Positions 53,951 to 62,722 of a DNA stretch of 64,000 bases are shown here, piece by piece. The notes below the pieces were generated by a model, which was given only the letters and a program-made list of their open reading frames with translations, was not told where the DNA came from and made no database searches. Source of the DNA: an uncultured Actinomycetes bacterium (GTDB taxonomy: Bacteria; Actinomycetota; Thermoleophilia; Solirubrobacterales; Solirubrobacteraceae); assembly GCA_963728925.1 (NCBI GenBank), contig CAVSMB010000003.1:3109-67108 (forward strand), read 5' to 3'. How positions within the stretch are numbered: the stretch's first letter is position 1; each line of letters starts with the position of its first letter. A program made the translations under genes and the position numbers.

Positions 53951-54462
53951 GGCGGGGAGCTGGTCTACGACGTCACCGTCCCGGCCGGCGGGCGCACCGA
54001 CGTCTGGTTCGCCGTGGGCGGCTCGGAGTCCGGCGCCGACGGCGCCCGCGTCGAGCAGGCCGGAGCCATGCCCGAGATCGCGTCGCCGACGCCGCTCGAC
54101 GGCGACATCCTCAACCGGCCCTTCAACGAGCGGCCGATGGTGCTGGAGGCGTGGGGCAACTACGGGACCGCGTGACCCGTCGTGCACCAGCAGCTCGGCG
54201 TGCGGCCCGATCTGGGCCGTGGCCGCCTCGAGGTCGTCCCCCAGCTGCCGGGCGCCGACGCAATCGGCGGCCGGGACATCCGGCTCGGCGACCTCGGCAG
54301 CGTCGACGTCTCCGCGCGGCCCTCAGGCACCAAGCGCTACGTCACGACAGTCGGCGCCTATGCGCCGGTGGCGCTGCGGATCGCGCACCCAACCGCGGGT
54401 TCGAGGTCACCGTCCCCGCGGCCCCCGGCGAGGTCCACACGCTCACCGTGCGCGTGGCCTGA
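53951..54462 (+). pseudogene. remnant of a large glycoside-hydrolase-like (amylo-alpha-1,6-glucosidase/GH15-like) gene
   Basis: GELVYDVTVPAGGRTDVWFAVGGSESGADGA joins to MPEIASPTPLDGDILNRPFNERPMVLEAWGNYGTA-TGA-PVVHQQLGVRPDLGRGRLEVVPQLP...ALRIAHPTAG-(frameshift)-FEVTVPAAPGEVHTLTVRVA. So there is an internal deletion, an in-frame TGA at 54173-54175 where the family has Trp, and a frameshift near 54400. Confidence 0.6.
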
Positions 54463-54514
54463 GCGCGCCGGCCGGGCTCTCGGGCCCGTCTCCGGCACCG
54501 CCCGCGGACAGGCG

Positions 54515-54853
54515 TCAGGGGGCGAGCGGGTCTCCGCTGGTCATGCGCGGCGGCTCGCCGGAGTCCTCGCGCGGCGGCGGGTCGGTCGACTCGTCCGGCG
54601 GCGGACCACCCTGCGGGGTCGCCGGGGAGGGCGGCGCCGGCGGCGGCCCGGGGGCAGGCGCCGACGGCGGCGACGAGCCGGGGACGCCCTGCTGGGGCAC
54701 GCTGGGCGCGGCGGTGGAGCCGCCCGGAGGCGGTGGGGCGGCCGGCTGCTTCTGGAGCTCGTCGAGCTTCTGCTGGGCCTGCTTGGCGTAGTCCTTGGCC
54801 TTCTCGACGTCGAGCCGCTTCGCGGCGTCCTTCGCCTTGTCCAGGAATCCCAC
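54515..54853 (-). CDS. small protein with an N-terminal amphipathic helix and a proline-rich tail
   Basis: GTG 54853 is preceded by GAGGAGA. (M)GFLDKAKDAAKRLDVEKAKDYAKQAQQKLDELQKQ is followed by a P/G/S-rich low-complexity region. Confidence 0.5.
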   Translation of the reverse strand: MGFLDKAKDAAKRLDVEKAKDYAKQAQQKLDELQKQPAAPPPPGGSTAAPSVPQQGVPGSSPPSAPAPGPPPAPPSPATPQGGPPPDESTDPPPREDSGEPPRMTSGDPLAP

Positions 54854-54890
54854 GTGCGGTCTCCTCGCGGTCAGGTCGGGAGCCGCCCAG

Positions 54891-55412
54891 TCAAGCGTCT
54901 TCAGGTGAGGAAGGCAAGCGTCGCGGACGATCCGGGGTCCACTCGAGCGCCGCCAGCGGCGTGAGCATGCCGTGGCGCTCGTGTGGTGGCTTCGGCGGCT
55001 CGGCACGGTACTCGCGCCTCGGCGTCGCGACGACGTGCTCGACCGGCACCCCGGTCATGCGCTCCAGGCGCCTCGGGACGTCGATGCGCAGCCACCGCGA
55101 CGCCCCGGTCGGAAGCGTCGCCACGACGACCGCGTCGAAGCGGGCCGGGTCCCACGCCTCCTTGACCGCGGTGACCGGGTCGGAGTCGCCGACCTCGCCC
55201 GAGGCCTCGATGCCCGCCGCGCGGAGCCGTTCCAACGCCTCGGCGAGGTTCTGCTCGGCCGGCTCGCGGCCTGAGGGCGCGTCGGAGCGGTAGGGAGTGG
55301 TGGGCACCACCAGGTGCACGACGGCCTCCGAGCGCTCGCCGAGGTGGTTGAGCAGCTCGTCGGAGGGCGCCGTCTGGTTGGCGATGACGAGCACGGTCCG
55401 CCTCCACGTCAT
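54891..55412 (-). CDS. conserved hypothetical protein (USP/Rossmann-like fold suggested)
   Basis: RTVLVIANQTAPSDELLNHL...HLVVPTT...GEVGDSDPVTAV...FDAVVVATLPTGASRWLRIDVPRRLERMTGVPVEHV. I recognise this pattern from uncharacterised actinobacterial proteins. Confidence 0.6.
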   Translation of the reverse strand: MTWRRTVLVIANQTAPSDELLNHLGERSEAVVHLVVPTTPYRSDAPSGREPAEQNLAEALERLRAAGIEASGEVGDSDPVTAVKEAWDPARFDAVVVATLPTGASRWLRIDVPRRLERMTGVPVEHVVATPRREYRAEPPKPPHERHGMLTPLAALEWTPDRPRRLPSSPEDA

Positions 55413-55469
55413 GTGCTGCCTCCTTGGGGTCCTCGGTTCCCGACCGAGGGTACTCCTCGAGACGGGCTC

Positions 55470-56129
55470 CTAGCCCAGGAGGTGCTCCAGACCGACGACC
55501 GGCGAGCGGTCCAGGCCGGGCACGCGACGCACCGCGAGCAGCACGCCGGGCATGAACGAGACGCGGTCGATCGAGTCGTGGCGGATGGTCAGGGTCTGCC
55601 CCACGTCCCCGAGAATGACCTCCTGGTGGGCGACGAGGCCGGGGAGGCGCACGGAGTGGACGGGCGGCGGCTCGCCACCGCTCGCCTGGGCCATCAACGC
55701 GGCCGTCCGCGCCGCGGTTCCGCTGGGCTTGTCGAGCTTGCCGTCGTGGTGCAGCTCGACGATCTCGGCGCGGGCCATGTGGCGCGAGGCCTCGGCGGCG
55801 AAGCGCATCATCAGGACCGCGCCGATGGCGAAGTTCGGCGCCACGAAGACGTTCGCGCCCTCCAACCCCTCGAGCGAGGCGAGGTCGAAGCCGGTGGTGC
55901 CGATGACGACGTGGACGCCCGCGGCCACGCACGTCCGGGCGTTCTCGAGCGCCTGGTAGGGGACGGTGAAGTCGACGACGACGTCGGCGTCGCCGAGAAC
56001 GTCGTCCAGCGCCGTGTCGAGCCGCGGGTCGGCGCGGCCGGTGAGCTCGAGGTCGTCGGCGCCCTGCACCGCCTCGCAGACCGTCTCCCCCATGCGGCCC
56101 GCGGCTCCGGCGACGGCGACGCGGATCAT
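55470..56129 (-). CDS. dapB: 4-hydroxy-tetrahydrodipicolinate reductase
   Basis: MIRVAVAGAAGRMG...VVIGTTGF...APNFAIGAVLM...EIVELHHDGKLDKPSGTA. Confidence 0.9.
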   Translation of the reverse strand: MIRVAVAGAAGRMGETVCEAVQGADDLELTGRADPRLDTALDDVLGDADVVVDFTVPYQALENARTCVAAGVHVVIGTTGFDLASLEGLEGANVFVAPNFAIGAVLMMRFAAEASRHMARAEIVELHHDGKLDKPSGTAARTAALMAQASGGEPPPVHSVRLPGLVAHQEVILGDVGQTLTIRHDSIDRVSFMPGVLLAVRRVPGLDRSPVVGLEHLLG

Positions 56130-57403
56130 GCGCCGGCGAGCGAGGAAGAGACCGGCTCGAGGGCCGAGCGGAAGCGAGCCTCATCGTTGCCCACCCCGGC
56201 CGCGGAGAGGCGGTCGGGGGCGAAGAGCTCGCGCGCGAGCTCACGCAGGTCGTCGAGCGAAACCCCGTCGATGCGCTCGATGAGCTCGTCGACCGAGAGC
56301 ACCGGCACGCCGTTGATGATCGACACACCGAGGCGGCTCATGCGCGTCGCGGTCGACTCCAGCGAGAGCACCGCGCGGCCCTTGACGTTCTCCTTGGAGC
56401 GCTCGAGCTCCTCCTCGGTCGCCGGCTCCGCGACGAGCCGGTCGAGCTCTGACCCGACCACGCGCATCGCCTCGTCGAGGTTGTCCGCGCGCGTTCCGAG
56501 GTAGAGGCCCACCTGCCCGGTCCCTGCGTAGCCGTTGGAGAACGAGTAGACGGCGTAGGCGAGCCCGCGCTTCTCGCGCACCTCCTGGAAGAGCCGGGAG
56601 GACGACGTCCCTCCGAAGATCCCGTCGAGCACGCGCAGGGCGAAGCGGCGATCGTCGTCGCGCGCGAGCCCCGGGGCGCCGAGGCACACGTGGACCTGCT
56701 CGGTCGCCTTGGCGGCGAACACGACCCGCGGGGCGAGCGGCGGGACCCCACCGTCGCTCGGGGCGTCCACCTCGGGCCACGAGGGGACTGCGTCCTGCAC
56801 CATCGCGACGAGCGCGTCATGGTCGACCGAGCCCGCCGCCGCGACGACGACGTTGCCGGGGCGGTAGCGCACCCGGTGGAACGCCGCGATCGCCGGCACC
56901 GGGGTGTCGGCGATGACCTCGGCGCGCCCGATGATCGCGCGGCCCAGCGGATGGTCGCCGAAGACCGCTTCGCCGAGCACGTCGAAGACCTTCTCCTGGG
57001 GCTCGTCCTCGTACATCGCGATCTCCTCGAGCACGACCTCGCGCTCGGGCTCGATGTCGCGCAGAGCCGGCGCGAAGACCATGTCGCTCATCAGGTCGAA
57101 GGCCCGCGGGAGATGGCGGTTGAGCACGCGCGAGTAGACCGAGGTAGTCTCCTTGCCCGTCCCCGCGTTCAGCTCGGCGCCCATGCCGTCGAAGATCTGG
57201 TCGATCTCCTCGGAGGCGAAGCGCGCCGTGCCGCGGAACAGCAGGTGCTCGAGCAGGTGCGAGAGCCCGGCCTCAGGCTCGCGCTCGGAGCGCGAGCCCG
57301 TCCCGATGAAGAAGCCCAGCGCCGCGGAGCGGACGCCGGGCATGGCCTCGGAGGCCACCCGGACGCCAGACCGCATCTCGGTCAGTCGGTGCGCGTCGTC
57401 CAC
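56126..57403 (-). CDS. M16-family zinc peptidase (PepR-like)
   Basis: Inverted zinc motif GLSHLLEHLLFRGT...E. It sits between pnp and dapB, as in other actinobacteria. Confidence 0.9.
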   Translation of the reverse strand: MDDAHRLTEMRSGVRVASEAMPGVRSAALGFFIGTGSRSEREPEAGLSHLLEHLLFRGTARFASEEIDQIFDGMGAELNAGTGKETTSVYSRVLNRHLPRAFDLMSDMVFAPALRDIEPEREVVLEEIAMYEDEPQEKVFDVLGEAVFGDHPLGRAIIGRAEVIADTPVPAIAAFHRVRYRPGNVVVAAAGSVDHDALVAMVQDAVPSWPEVDAPSDGGVPPLAPRVVFAAKATEQVHVCLGAPGLARDDDRRFALRVLDGIFGGTSSSRLFQEVREKRGLAYAVYSFSNGYAGTGQVGLYLGTRADNLDEAMRVVGSELDRLVAEPATEEELERSKENVKGRAVLSLESTATRMSRLGVSIINGVPVLSVDELIERIDGVSLDDLRELARELFAPDRLSAAGVGNDEARFRSALEPVSSSLAGA

Positions 57404-57418
57404 GCCGGCCCGCGCCGC

Positions 57419-58090
57419 CTACGCGCGGTCCGGGTCGCGGTCGCGGGGGCGGCCGCCATCGCGACCCTCACGCCCGCCGCGGCCACGGTCTCGGTCGCGG
57501 CCGTCGCGACCGCCACGGCCGCGCCCGCCGCCGTCGCGGCCGCGGGGCCCGCGGTCGCCGGTGCCGATCGAGGAGAGCTCCTCGGCCGACTTGCCGGCGA
57601 CGTCGGGGTCCTCGGCGAGCCGCAGGCCGATGCGACCGCGCTCCTTGTCGACCTCGATGACGCGGACCTTGATCTCGTCGCCCTTGTTGAGCACGTCCTC
57701 GACCGTCTCCACGCGCTGGCCGGGCGAGATGTTGGAGATGTGCAGCAGGCCGTCGGTGCCCTTGGCCAGCTCGACGAAGGCGCCGAAGGTCGTCGTCTTG
57801 ACGACCTTGCCGTCGAACTCGTCCCCGACCTCGACCTCCTTGGTCATCGTCCGGATGCGGTCGACGAGCGCGTCGGCCTGGGTGCCCGTCTGGGCGTAGC
57901 CGATGATGTGGCCGTCGTCCTCGATGGTGATCTGCGCCTCGAACTCCTCCTCGAGCGCGCGGATCGTCTCGCCGCCCTTGCCGATGACCAGGCCGATCTT
58001 GTCGGTGTCGATCATGATCGAGGAGATCCGCGGGGCGAAGGGGCTCGCCCGAGCGGGCACGGCCACCGAGGCGTTCACCTGGCTGACCAC
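57419..58090 (-). pseudogene. pnp: 5'-truncated polynucleotide phosphorylase gene; the intact ORF encodes only KH + S1 domains plus an RG/RD-rich tail
   Basis: SPFAPRISSIMIDTDKIGLVIGKGGETIRALEEEFEAQITIEDDG (KH) and VGDEFDGKVVKTTTFGAFVELAKGTDGLLHISN (S1) match the last ~200 aa of PNPase. Both RNase PH domains (~540 aa) are absent, and the upstream DNA encodes an unrelated L,D-transpeptidase remnant. Confidence 0.75.
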
Positions 58091-58229
58091 CGGATGTAAG
58101 CGATCGGGCTCGCCGCGGGGTCGACCGCGGGCGGCGCGCTCGCCGACGCGTGGGCGGGCGGCGGGTTCGCCGCGGCGGCGGCCGCGGCCGGGGTGGCCGC
58201 GCTCGTCGCGCGCGCCGGGGCGGGCACGC

Positions 58230-59019
58230 TCAGGCGATCGTGATCGGCGTGCCGACGGGCATGAGCCGCGCGAGCCGCACCACGTCGGCGTTGCGCAGGC
58301 GGATGCAGCCGTGGGAGACGCGCCCCGGGAGCAGGCCGGGCTGGTTCGTCCCGTGGATGCCGACGAAGCCGCCGCCCGGCCAGTCGGTGAGCGTGGTCGA
58401 GCGCGCGCTCGTGCCGAAGGCGACCGGCCCGTAGACGGGACTGGCGTACGCGGTCACCCGGTCGCGGACGTAGAAGGAGCCCGCCGGGGTCGGCGTGCCG
58501 GGCTGGCCGATGCCGATCGGGGCGCGCAGGACGGGACGGCCGTCGCGCAGAAGCGTGAGGCGCGGCCCGGCGGCGGTCGACCATGAGGCGCGTGCGGACG
58601 GTGCCGTAGCCGCCGAGGCCCGAACGCGGGATCCAGCCCACGGCCCGCCCGAGGACGGGCAGACGCGCGCGCACCCACGTCCGCCCGCGGCGGTCCTGCG
58701 TGCGCGCGAGGACGAGGACGAGGTTCGTGGTGCCCTCCGGGGTGCGGCGGTCGAGCGTCGCGACCGCAGGGGCGCCGGCGTCGGGGCGCGCGCGGGCCAC
58801 GACGCGGTCGCGGACCGGAGCCCAGGTCGACAGGTCGCGCTCGTGGCCGAGCGCGGGGGCGCGGCGCGCGAGCCCGGGCTGCGTCGGTCCGGAGAGGGCG
58901 CGAGGCGGCCAGGGGCTTCATCGGCGCCGCGGGCGCGTCCGGGCGCGCCACGACGACGCGACGCTGCTCACCGTGGCCGCCAGCGCGGCGGCCGCCAGCG
59001 CGGCTCGCGCCGCCGTCAT
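58230..59019 (-). pseudogene. disrupted L,D-transpeptidase (YkuD domain) gene
   Basis: Signal peptide MTAARAALAAAALAATVSS, an in-frame TGA at 58918-58920, a frameshift near 58570-58582 (MVDR / AAGPRLTLLRDGRPVLRAPIGIGQPGTPTPAGSF), and catalytic end IHGTNQPGLLPGRVSHGCIRLRNADV. Confidence 0.65.
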
Positions 59020-59052
59020 CCCGTGAACTTCGGGCGCCCCTTCGCTTCGTGG

Positions 59053-59628
59053 TCATGACGAAGCGCGTGCGGGCGACGATCCGTGACCTGGCGCGCCGGT
59101 CAGGGGCTCGTCGAACGCGCCTTGCACCGGGCTCGCATTCGCCAGCCGGCGGATCCAGGCGGCGTGGCGCGCCTCGACGGAGTGGATGGAGAGCGCCGAG
59201 GACAGGTAGGCCCGCGACGTGATCCGCGGCGCCTGGCCCTTGTAGGCGGCGACCGCGAGGTCCTCGAAGGCCACGGCCGTCCGGCGGAACCTCGGCCCTC
59301 GGTCGCGCCGCCGAAGTCGAAGCGCGGCCGCTTCGGCGCCTGGAGCCGAGCGCGACGCGCAACGCCTTGACGTGCGCGCGCTCGTGCGCGCCGACGATCC
59401 GAGCCTGGCGCGCGAGCCCGCCTGGAGGACCTTGTTGCGCTCGACCTCCGTGTAGAAGACGGCCTGCAGCTCCTCGAGCAGCAGCGCGAACGAGAGGATG
59501 GCCACGTCGCGGCGGTGGCCCGCGCCGTCGGCGGCGAAGGCCGCCGGCGCGCCGGCGGCGGCGCCGAGCAGCGCCGCCCCGCCGAGGGCGGCGGCGCGGA
59601 GGGCCTCGGCACGGGTCGAGCCGTGCAT
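59053..59628 (-). pseudogene. frameshifted ferritin-like (Ferritin_2/DUF4439-type) secreted protein gene, copy B
   Basis: DVAILSFALLLEELQAVFYTEV... / ARIVGAHERAHVKALRVALGS / KRPRFDFGGATEG / AVAFEDLAVAAYKGQAPRI...IHSVEARHAAWIRRL are spread over three frames. Confidence 0.55.
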
Positions 59629-59695
59629 GACGCCCAGCGCCTCCTCGAGGGCCCCGTCGGCGTCGACGCGGCGAGGACGAGGTCGCGGTGGTCGC

Positions 59696-60299
59696 TCAGC
59701 CGACCTCGATCCCCAGCGCGCGGACCTTGTCCGGGCCGTCCTGGAGCGACACGCCGACGTCCACCGCGGCCGGAGCGGGACGGCGCCCGCGACGTCGCGG
59801 ATCCAGACCGCGTGACGGGCCTCGACGGAGAGGATTGTCGCGACGGCGGCGAGCGTCTTGGGCGTGAGGTTCGGGCCCTGCCCGTTGAGCATGGCCAGCC
59901 CGACGTCCTCGAGCTGCTGGGCGGTCTTGACGAAGGCATCGCTGTCGGCGGTCGTGTCCCGAACGAGAGCCGGCCCGGCGGCTTCGCGGAGCGCCCCAGC
60001 GCCTTGCGGATGTACGCGGCATGCGCGCGCTCGTGGCCGCCGACGACCTGGGCGAACCTGCGCCGCTCGCCGGTGAGCTGCGCTCGCTTCAGCGCGTCGC
60101 GTAGAAGGCGGCCTGCAGGTCCTCGAGGACGAGGGCTGCGGCGAGGATCTGCTTGTCCTGCGCCGCGGACAGCCTGGACGCGCTGGGCGAGGGCGCCGCG
60201 GCGAAGACGGCCGCGCCGCCCGCAGCCGCTCCGGCGCCGGCCGCCGCGCGGCGCAGGAACGTCCCGCGCGTGAGGCCGTCGGCGTGGTGTCGATTTCAT
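59696..60299 (-). pseudogene. frameshifted ferritin-like secreted protein gene, copy A (Tat-type signal)
   Basis: [22 protein letters not shown] (twin-arginine-like) / QDKQILAAALVLEDLQAAFY / LTGERRRFAQVVGGHERAHAAYIRKALG / DSDAFVKTAQQLEDVGLAMLNGQGPNL...ILSVEARHAVWIRDVAG / VSLQDGPDKVRALGIEVG require at least 4 frame changes in ~600 bp. Confidence 0.55.
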
Positions 60300-60354
60300 G
60301 GTGTGACGATATGCCCAGAATCGGGTTCGGCTACCCCGTCGTTGGTCCAGGATC

Positions 60355-61406
60355 GTGTCGCTACGCTCGCGCGCCGATGATTTCGGAGCGCATCGTCACG
60401 ACCCGGAGCGCAACCGCGCGCTGCTGGCCCGCCAGCGGCTGCTCGAGCGCCCGGCGCCCCCGCTGCCGCGGGCGCTCGAGCACATCGGCGGCATCCAGGC
60501 GCAGTACGCGCCGTCGATGTACGTCGGGCTGTGGTCGCGGCTCGCGGGCTTCGAGCGCGACGAGCTGACCCGCGCGCTCGAGCGGCGCACCGTCGTCCAG
60601 GGGACGCTCGCTGCGCTCGACGATCCACCTCGTCTCGCGCGACGACTACTGGGCGCTGGCGCTCGCGGTCCGCGAGCGCCCGCCGGGCGTGGTGGCTGCG
60701 GCGCTCCGCGACGGCCCGACGCGAGGAGGAGATGGCGGCCGCCGCGCGAACTGCGCGCGGCGCTCGCGCGACGGGCCGCTGCCGCGCAAGGAGGTCGAGG
60801 GCTGATCGGCACGGGCGCGGCACGCCGCGGGATCGACGCCTGGATCGACCTCGTGCGCGTGCCGCCGTCGGGGACCTGGGAGCGCCGGCGCGCGGACCTC
60901 TTCGGGCCGCCGAGGACTGGATCGGCCCGGCCGGCGAGGCCGCGGCGCGGCGCCGGAACTGCTCGTGCGCCGCTACCTCGGCGGCTTCGGGCCGGCGACG
61001 CGCGCCGACGATCGCGAGCTGGGCGGGCACGGGCTGCGGCGCGTCGCGCCGCGCTCGACGCGGATGGACCTGCGCCGGTCCGCGCCGAGGACGGCGCGAG
61101 CTGCTCGACCTCCGCGCGCGCCGCTGCCGGACCCCGGCACGCCCGCGCCGGCGCGGTTCCTGCCGACCTGGGACGCGACGCTGCTCGTCCACGCCGCCGC
61201 GCCCGCGTGCTGCCCGAGGAGGACCGCCCGCGGATCTTCACCACGCAGACGCCGCAGTCGCTGCCGATGTTCCTCGTCGACGGCACCGTGGCGGGCACGT
61301 GGCGGGTGCGCGGCCGCTCGAGCTCGAGCCCTTCGGCCGGCTCTCGCGGGCCGCCCGCGCCGGGCTCGCCGACGAGGGCGAGCGCCTCGCGGAGCTGCAC
61401 GCGTGA
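60355..61406 (+). pseudogene. frameshifted winged-helix DNA-binding domain protein gene (YcaQ/DUF1006-like, interstrand-crosslink glycosylase family)
   Basis: ERNRALLARQRLLERPAPPLPRALEHIGGIQAQYAPSMYVGLWSRLAGFERDELTRALERRTVVQGTL, then family-like pieces in other frames (AWWLR..., IDAWIDLVRVPPSGTWERRRADLF, LLDLR..., SLPMFLVDGTVAGTWRV, LELEPFGRLSRAARAGLADEGERLAELHA). Confidence 0.55.
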
Positions 61407-61481
61407 CGCTCGGCCCCGCGCGGCCGCCGGCCCGCGCGCCGATCGCCGGCGCGCGCGTCGCCTCGAGCCCGCCGACCCGCC

Positions 61482-62069
61482 GTGCACGCCGGCGACCTCT
61501 TCGCCGCCGGCCACGACGGCCGCGACCCGTCCCTCTGGGACTACCTGCCGAACGGGCCGTTCGCCGACGCGCGCCGGCTTCGCGCGTGGCTGGAGGGCAT
61601 GGCCGCCTCGGAGGATCCGCTGTTCTTCACGATCGTCGACAAGGCCACCGGGCGGCCGGAGGGCATGTGCAGCTACCTGCGGATCACGCCCGAGCACGGC
61701 GTGATCGAGATCGGGCACATCTGGTTCTCGTCGACGCTGCAACGCACGGCTGCGGCCACCGAGGCCATCTACCTGCTGGCCCGCCTGGTCTTCGACGACC
61801 TGGGGTACCGGCGGCTGGAGTGGAAGTGCGACGCGCTGAACGAGCCCTCCCGGCGGGCCGCCGACCGGCTCGGCTTCACCTTCGAGGGCGTGTTCCGCCA
61901 GCACCTGGTGATCAAGGGCCGGAACCGCGACACGGCCTGGTACGCGATGCTCGACAGGGAGTGGCCCGGCGTGGAGCGGGCGTTCGAGGCGTGGCTGGAC
62001 CCGGGGAACTTCGACGACGCGGGACGTCAGCGCACGGCGCTCGAGCCTGGGCGGAAGGGGTCGGCGTAG
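61482..62069 (+). CDS. GNAT family N-acetyltransferase (RimJ/RimL-like); N-terminal ~25 codons appear frameshifted off
   Basis: IEIGHIWFSSTLQRTAAATEAIYLLARLVFDDLGYRRLEWKCDALNEPSRRAADRLGFTFEGVFRQH. The upstream frames contain the expected ...IAGARV.LEPADP... leader but out of frame. Confidence 0.7.
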   Translation: MHAGDLFAAGHDGRDPSLWDYLPNGPFADARRLRAWLEGMAASEDPLFFTIVDKATGRPEGMCSYLRITPEHGVIEIGHIWFSSTLQRTAAATEAIYLLARLVFDDLGYRRLEWKCDALNEPSRRAADRLGFTFEGVFRQHLVIKGRNRDTAWYAMLDREWPGVERAFEAWLDPGNFDDAGRQRTALEPGRKGSA

Positions 62070-62131
62070 AGCGCGACGGTCGCGAGCCCGATCGCCGCGC
62101 TCAGCGCCAGCGGCAGCGCGACGTCTGCCCG

Positions 62132-62716
62132 CTAGAGCACCGCGCCGACGACCGCGCCGAGGAGCATCGTGGCCACGACGACGATCCGGCGCGCGGTGCC
62201 GGCGCCCGAGCGGCCCGCGAGCGGCGAGTCGGAGGCCAGGCCGGTCATCGTGAGCGTCACGACCGTGGTGGTGAGGTCCGGGACGCCGAGGCGCCGCACC
62301 ATCGCTGTGCGCGCGCCGAGCGCAGAGGCGACGAACGCGATGACGACGCCGGCGGCGCCCGTGCCGCCCCGGGGATCGGCCAGCGCGGCGATCGCTGCGG
62401 CGACGGCGAGCAGCGCCGTCTCGACGGCGAGCGCGCGGACAAGCCCGCCCTCGAGGCGGCCGGCCACGACGGCGCCGCACAGGAAGGCGCCGAGCGAGAC
62501 GAGCGGGGCGAGAACCGGCAGCCCCTCGGCGCCGCCGACCCCGAAGCCGAGGAGGACGACGTTGCCGGTCATGTTGGCGGTGAACACGCGTCCGAGCCCG
62601 AGGAAGCTCGCCGCGTCCACGAGACCGGTGCTGAAGGTGAGCGCAAGCAGCGCGAGCGCGAGGGGGTGGCGCAGGCTCGCGGCGGCCTGGGCGCGTTCCT
62701 CGTCGCCGGCGGTCAC
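62132..62716 (-). CDS. YoaK/DUF1275 family membrane protein, ending at a TAG that appears premature
   Basis: FSTGLVDAASFLGLGRVFTANMTGNVVLLGFG is the family signature. After the TAG (62132-62134) the same frame continues RADVALPLALSAAIGLATVALYA, which looks like the missing last TM helix. Confidence 0.65.
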   Translation of the reverse strand: MTAGDEERAQAAASLRHPLALALLALTFSTGLVDAASFLGLGRVFTANMTGNVVLLGFGVGGAEGLPVLAPLVSLGAFLCGAVVAGRLEGGLVRALAVETALLAVAAAIAALADPRGGTGAAGVVIAFVASALGARTAMVRRLGVPDLTTTVVTLTMTGLASDSPLAGRSGAGTARRIVVVATMLLGAVVGAVL

Positions 62717-62722
62717 GACCGG

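Noticed and set aside
54173-54175. In-frame TGA at an expected Trp position (also TGA 58918-58920 and TAG 62132-62134): could the organism recode stop codons?
   Set aside because: Dozens of intact backbone genes in the window terminate at TGA or TAG at the family-typical position, including several GTGA/ATGA start-stop overlaps. The affected genes carry independent frameshifts and deletions as well, so ordinary nonsense mutations in pseudogenes explain them better.
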